This document shows positions 19,463 to 20,594 of a stretch of 20,594 nt of DNA, piece by piece (position 1 is the first letter of the stretch; each line of letters starts with the position of its first letter). This stretch comes from Chiloscyllium plagiosum. Taxonomy: Eukaryota. The stretch covers positions 5,068,352 to 5,088,945 of the forward strand of contig NC_057750.1 in NCBI RefSeq assembly GCF_004010195.1. Direction: 5' to 3'. The notes beneath the pieces were generated by a model. It searched no databases, was not told the origin of the DNA, and worked only from the letters and a program-made list of their open reading frames with translations. Position numbers and translations under genes: made by a program.

Positions 19463-20287
19463 AGAATGATTACAGCAAAGGAGGTGGCCATTCAGCCTCC
19501 GTATCTCCCCCAAGACCATCAGAAATAGGAAATAGGAACTGGCAGAGGCCATTTGGCCCCTCGATCCTGCTCTGCCATTCCATCAGATCATGACTGATCC
19601 AACATTCCTCAAGTTACGTGCCCTTTCCCCTCGATTCCCTGACTGATCGAGACTCTACTCTCTCAGCCTGAAATATACACAAGGACTCTGTGACCCCACA
19701 GCTCTGTGGCAAGAGGTTCCAAAGACACTTAACCCTCTGAGAGAAGGAATTTATCCCTATCTCAGTGTTAAATTGGTGCCCCTTTATTCTGTGACTGTAC
19801 CCTCTGGTTCTAGACTCTCCTATGGGCAGCACGGTGTTTAGCAGGGACCCAGGTTTGATTCCACCCTCTGGCGACTGTGCAAACTCCACACAGTCGTTCT
19901 CCCCATGTCTGCGTGGGTTTCCTCCGGGTGCTCCAGTTTCAAGATGTGCAGCTTAGAGTGGATTGGCCTTGGGAAATGTGGGGATAGGGTGGGTGGGTGG
20001 TTGGTGGGCGGCTCTTAGGAGAGTCGGAACAGACTCGATGGGTCGAATGGCCTCTTTCAGTACTGAAATGGCTCAGTGATTCTAACATCCTCTCAGCATT
20101 GCCCCTGTCAAGCCCCTGAAGAATCCGATAGTTCTCTTATTCTCCTAAACTCCAGCGAGTAGAGTCCAAACTGTTTTACCCTTTGCTCATAAGACATTCC
20201 CTCCATACCCAGGATCATCCCAGATAACCTTCTTTGAACTGCTTCCAATAAAATTATATAATTCCTTAAATAAGGGGACCAAAACTA

Positions 20288-20293
<6 letters not shown>
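19463..20293 (-). mobile_element. CR1 3' portion interrupted by an HE1-type SINE
   Basis: ORF 19614..19889(-) contains GESRTRGYSHRIKG..FNTE...FSQRV..LWNLLPQ. CR1 resumes after 20084 and resembles 241-400. Confidence 0.8.
19824..20084 (+). mobile_element. HE1-type SINE, internally deleted
   Basis: gggcagcacggtg...gggacccaggtttgattcca...tctgcgtgggtttcctccgggtgctccagtttc...gaatggcct...gattcta. Confidence 0.8.
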
Positions 20294-20320
<27 letters not shown>

Positions 20321-20560
20321 CTTTTTTCTCTCTCTCTCTCTCTTTTTCTCTTTTTCTCTTTTTTCTCTTTCTCTCTTTCTCTCTCTCTTTCACTCTCTCA
20401 CTCTCTCTTTCTCTCTTTCTCTCTTTCTCTCTCTCACTCTCTCACTCTCTCTTTCACTCTCTCACTCTCTCTCTCTCTCTCCTTTCTCTGTCTCTCCTCC
20501 TCTGCCTCCCTCTCTCTCTCTCCCTCTTTGTCCCCCCACACCCCACCCCCACTCGCCCTG
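20294..20560 (+). repeat. (CT)n / (CTCTCA)n pyrimidine-rich microsatellite
   Basis: Visible directly. Confidence 0.92.
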
Positions 20561-20594
20561 CCTCCATCTCGCCAGGATGTGGCTACGGGGCGGA

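Noticed and set aside
20187..20393. Charged low-complexity ORFs (also 11005..11316 and 19255..19593)
   Set aside because: Translation artefacts of (CT)n/(GA)n microsatellites.
20576..20594. Acceptor-like ctccatctcgccag|GATGTGG after a long pyrimidine tract, as the next SARS2 exon
   Set aside because: In the required phase it reads MWLRGG, not the expected (M/T)VCSSTCYRAE, and the window ends here.

Overview
Repeat-dense eukaryotic genomic DNA, very likely from a shark or other elasmobranch, judging by HE1-type SINEs and abundant CR1 and Penelope elements. The only host gene I can support is on the + strand: four consecutive, phase-compatible GT-AG exons (11595-11700, 13673-13720, 16494-16602, 19183-19228). 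They splice to [103 protein letters not shown], the catalytic-domain middle of mitochondrial seryl-tRNA synthetase (SARS2). None of the supplied ORFs corresponds to this gene; most are decayed retroelement frames or chance. The rest is intronic: CR1 LINE fragments, a CR1-Zenon-like LINE and a SINE that shares its tail, HE1-type SINEs, Penelope-like elements carrying minimal hammerhead ribozyme motifs (including a fold-back copy), two related solo LTRs, a small Tc1/mariner-type MITE and microsatellites. Points worth a second look are the hammerhead motifs, a local inverted templated insertion inside a SINE, a bipartite CTCF-like site, a 20-bp higher-order minisatellite born inside an LTR, and a post-insertion tandem duplication. 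I see no evidence for a wholly new biological system.
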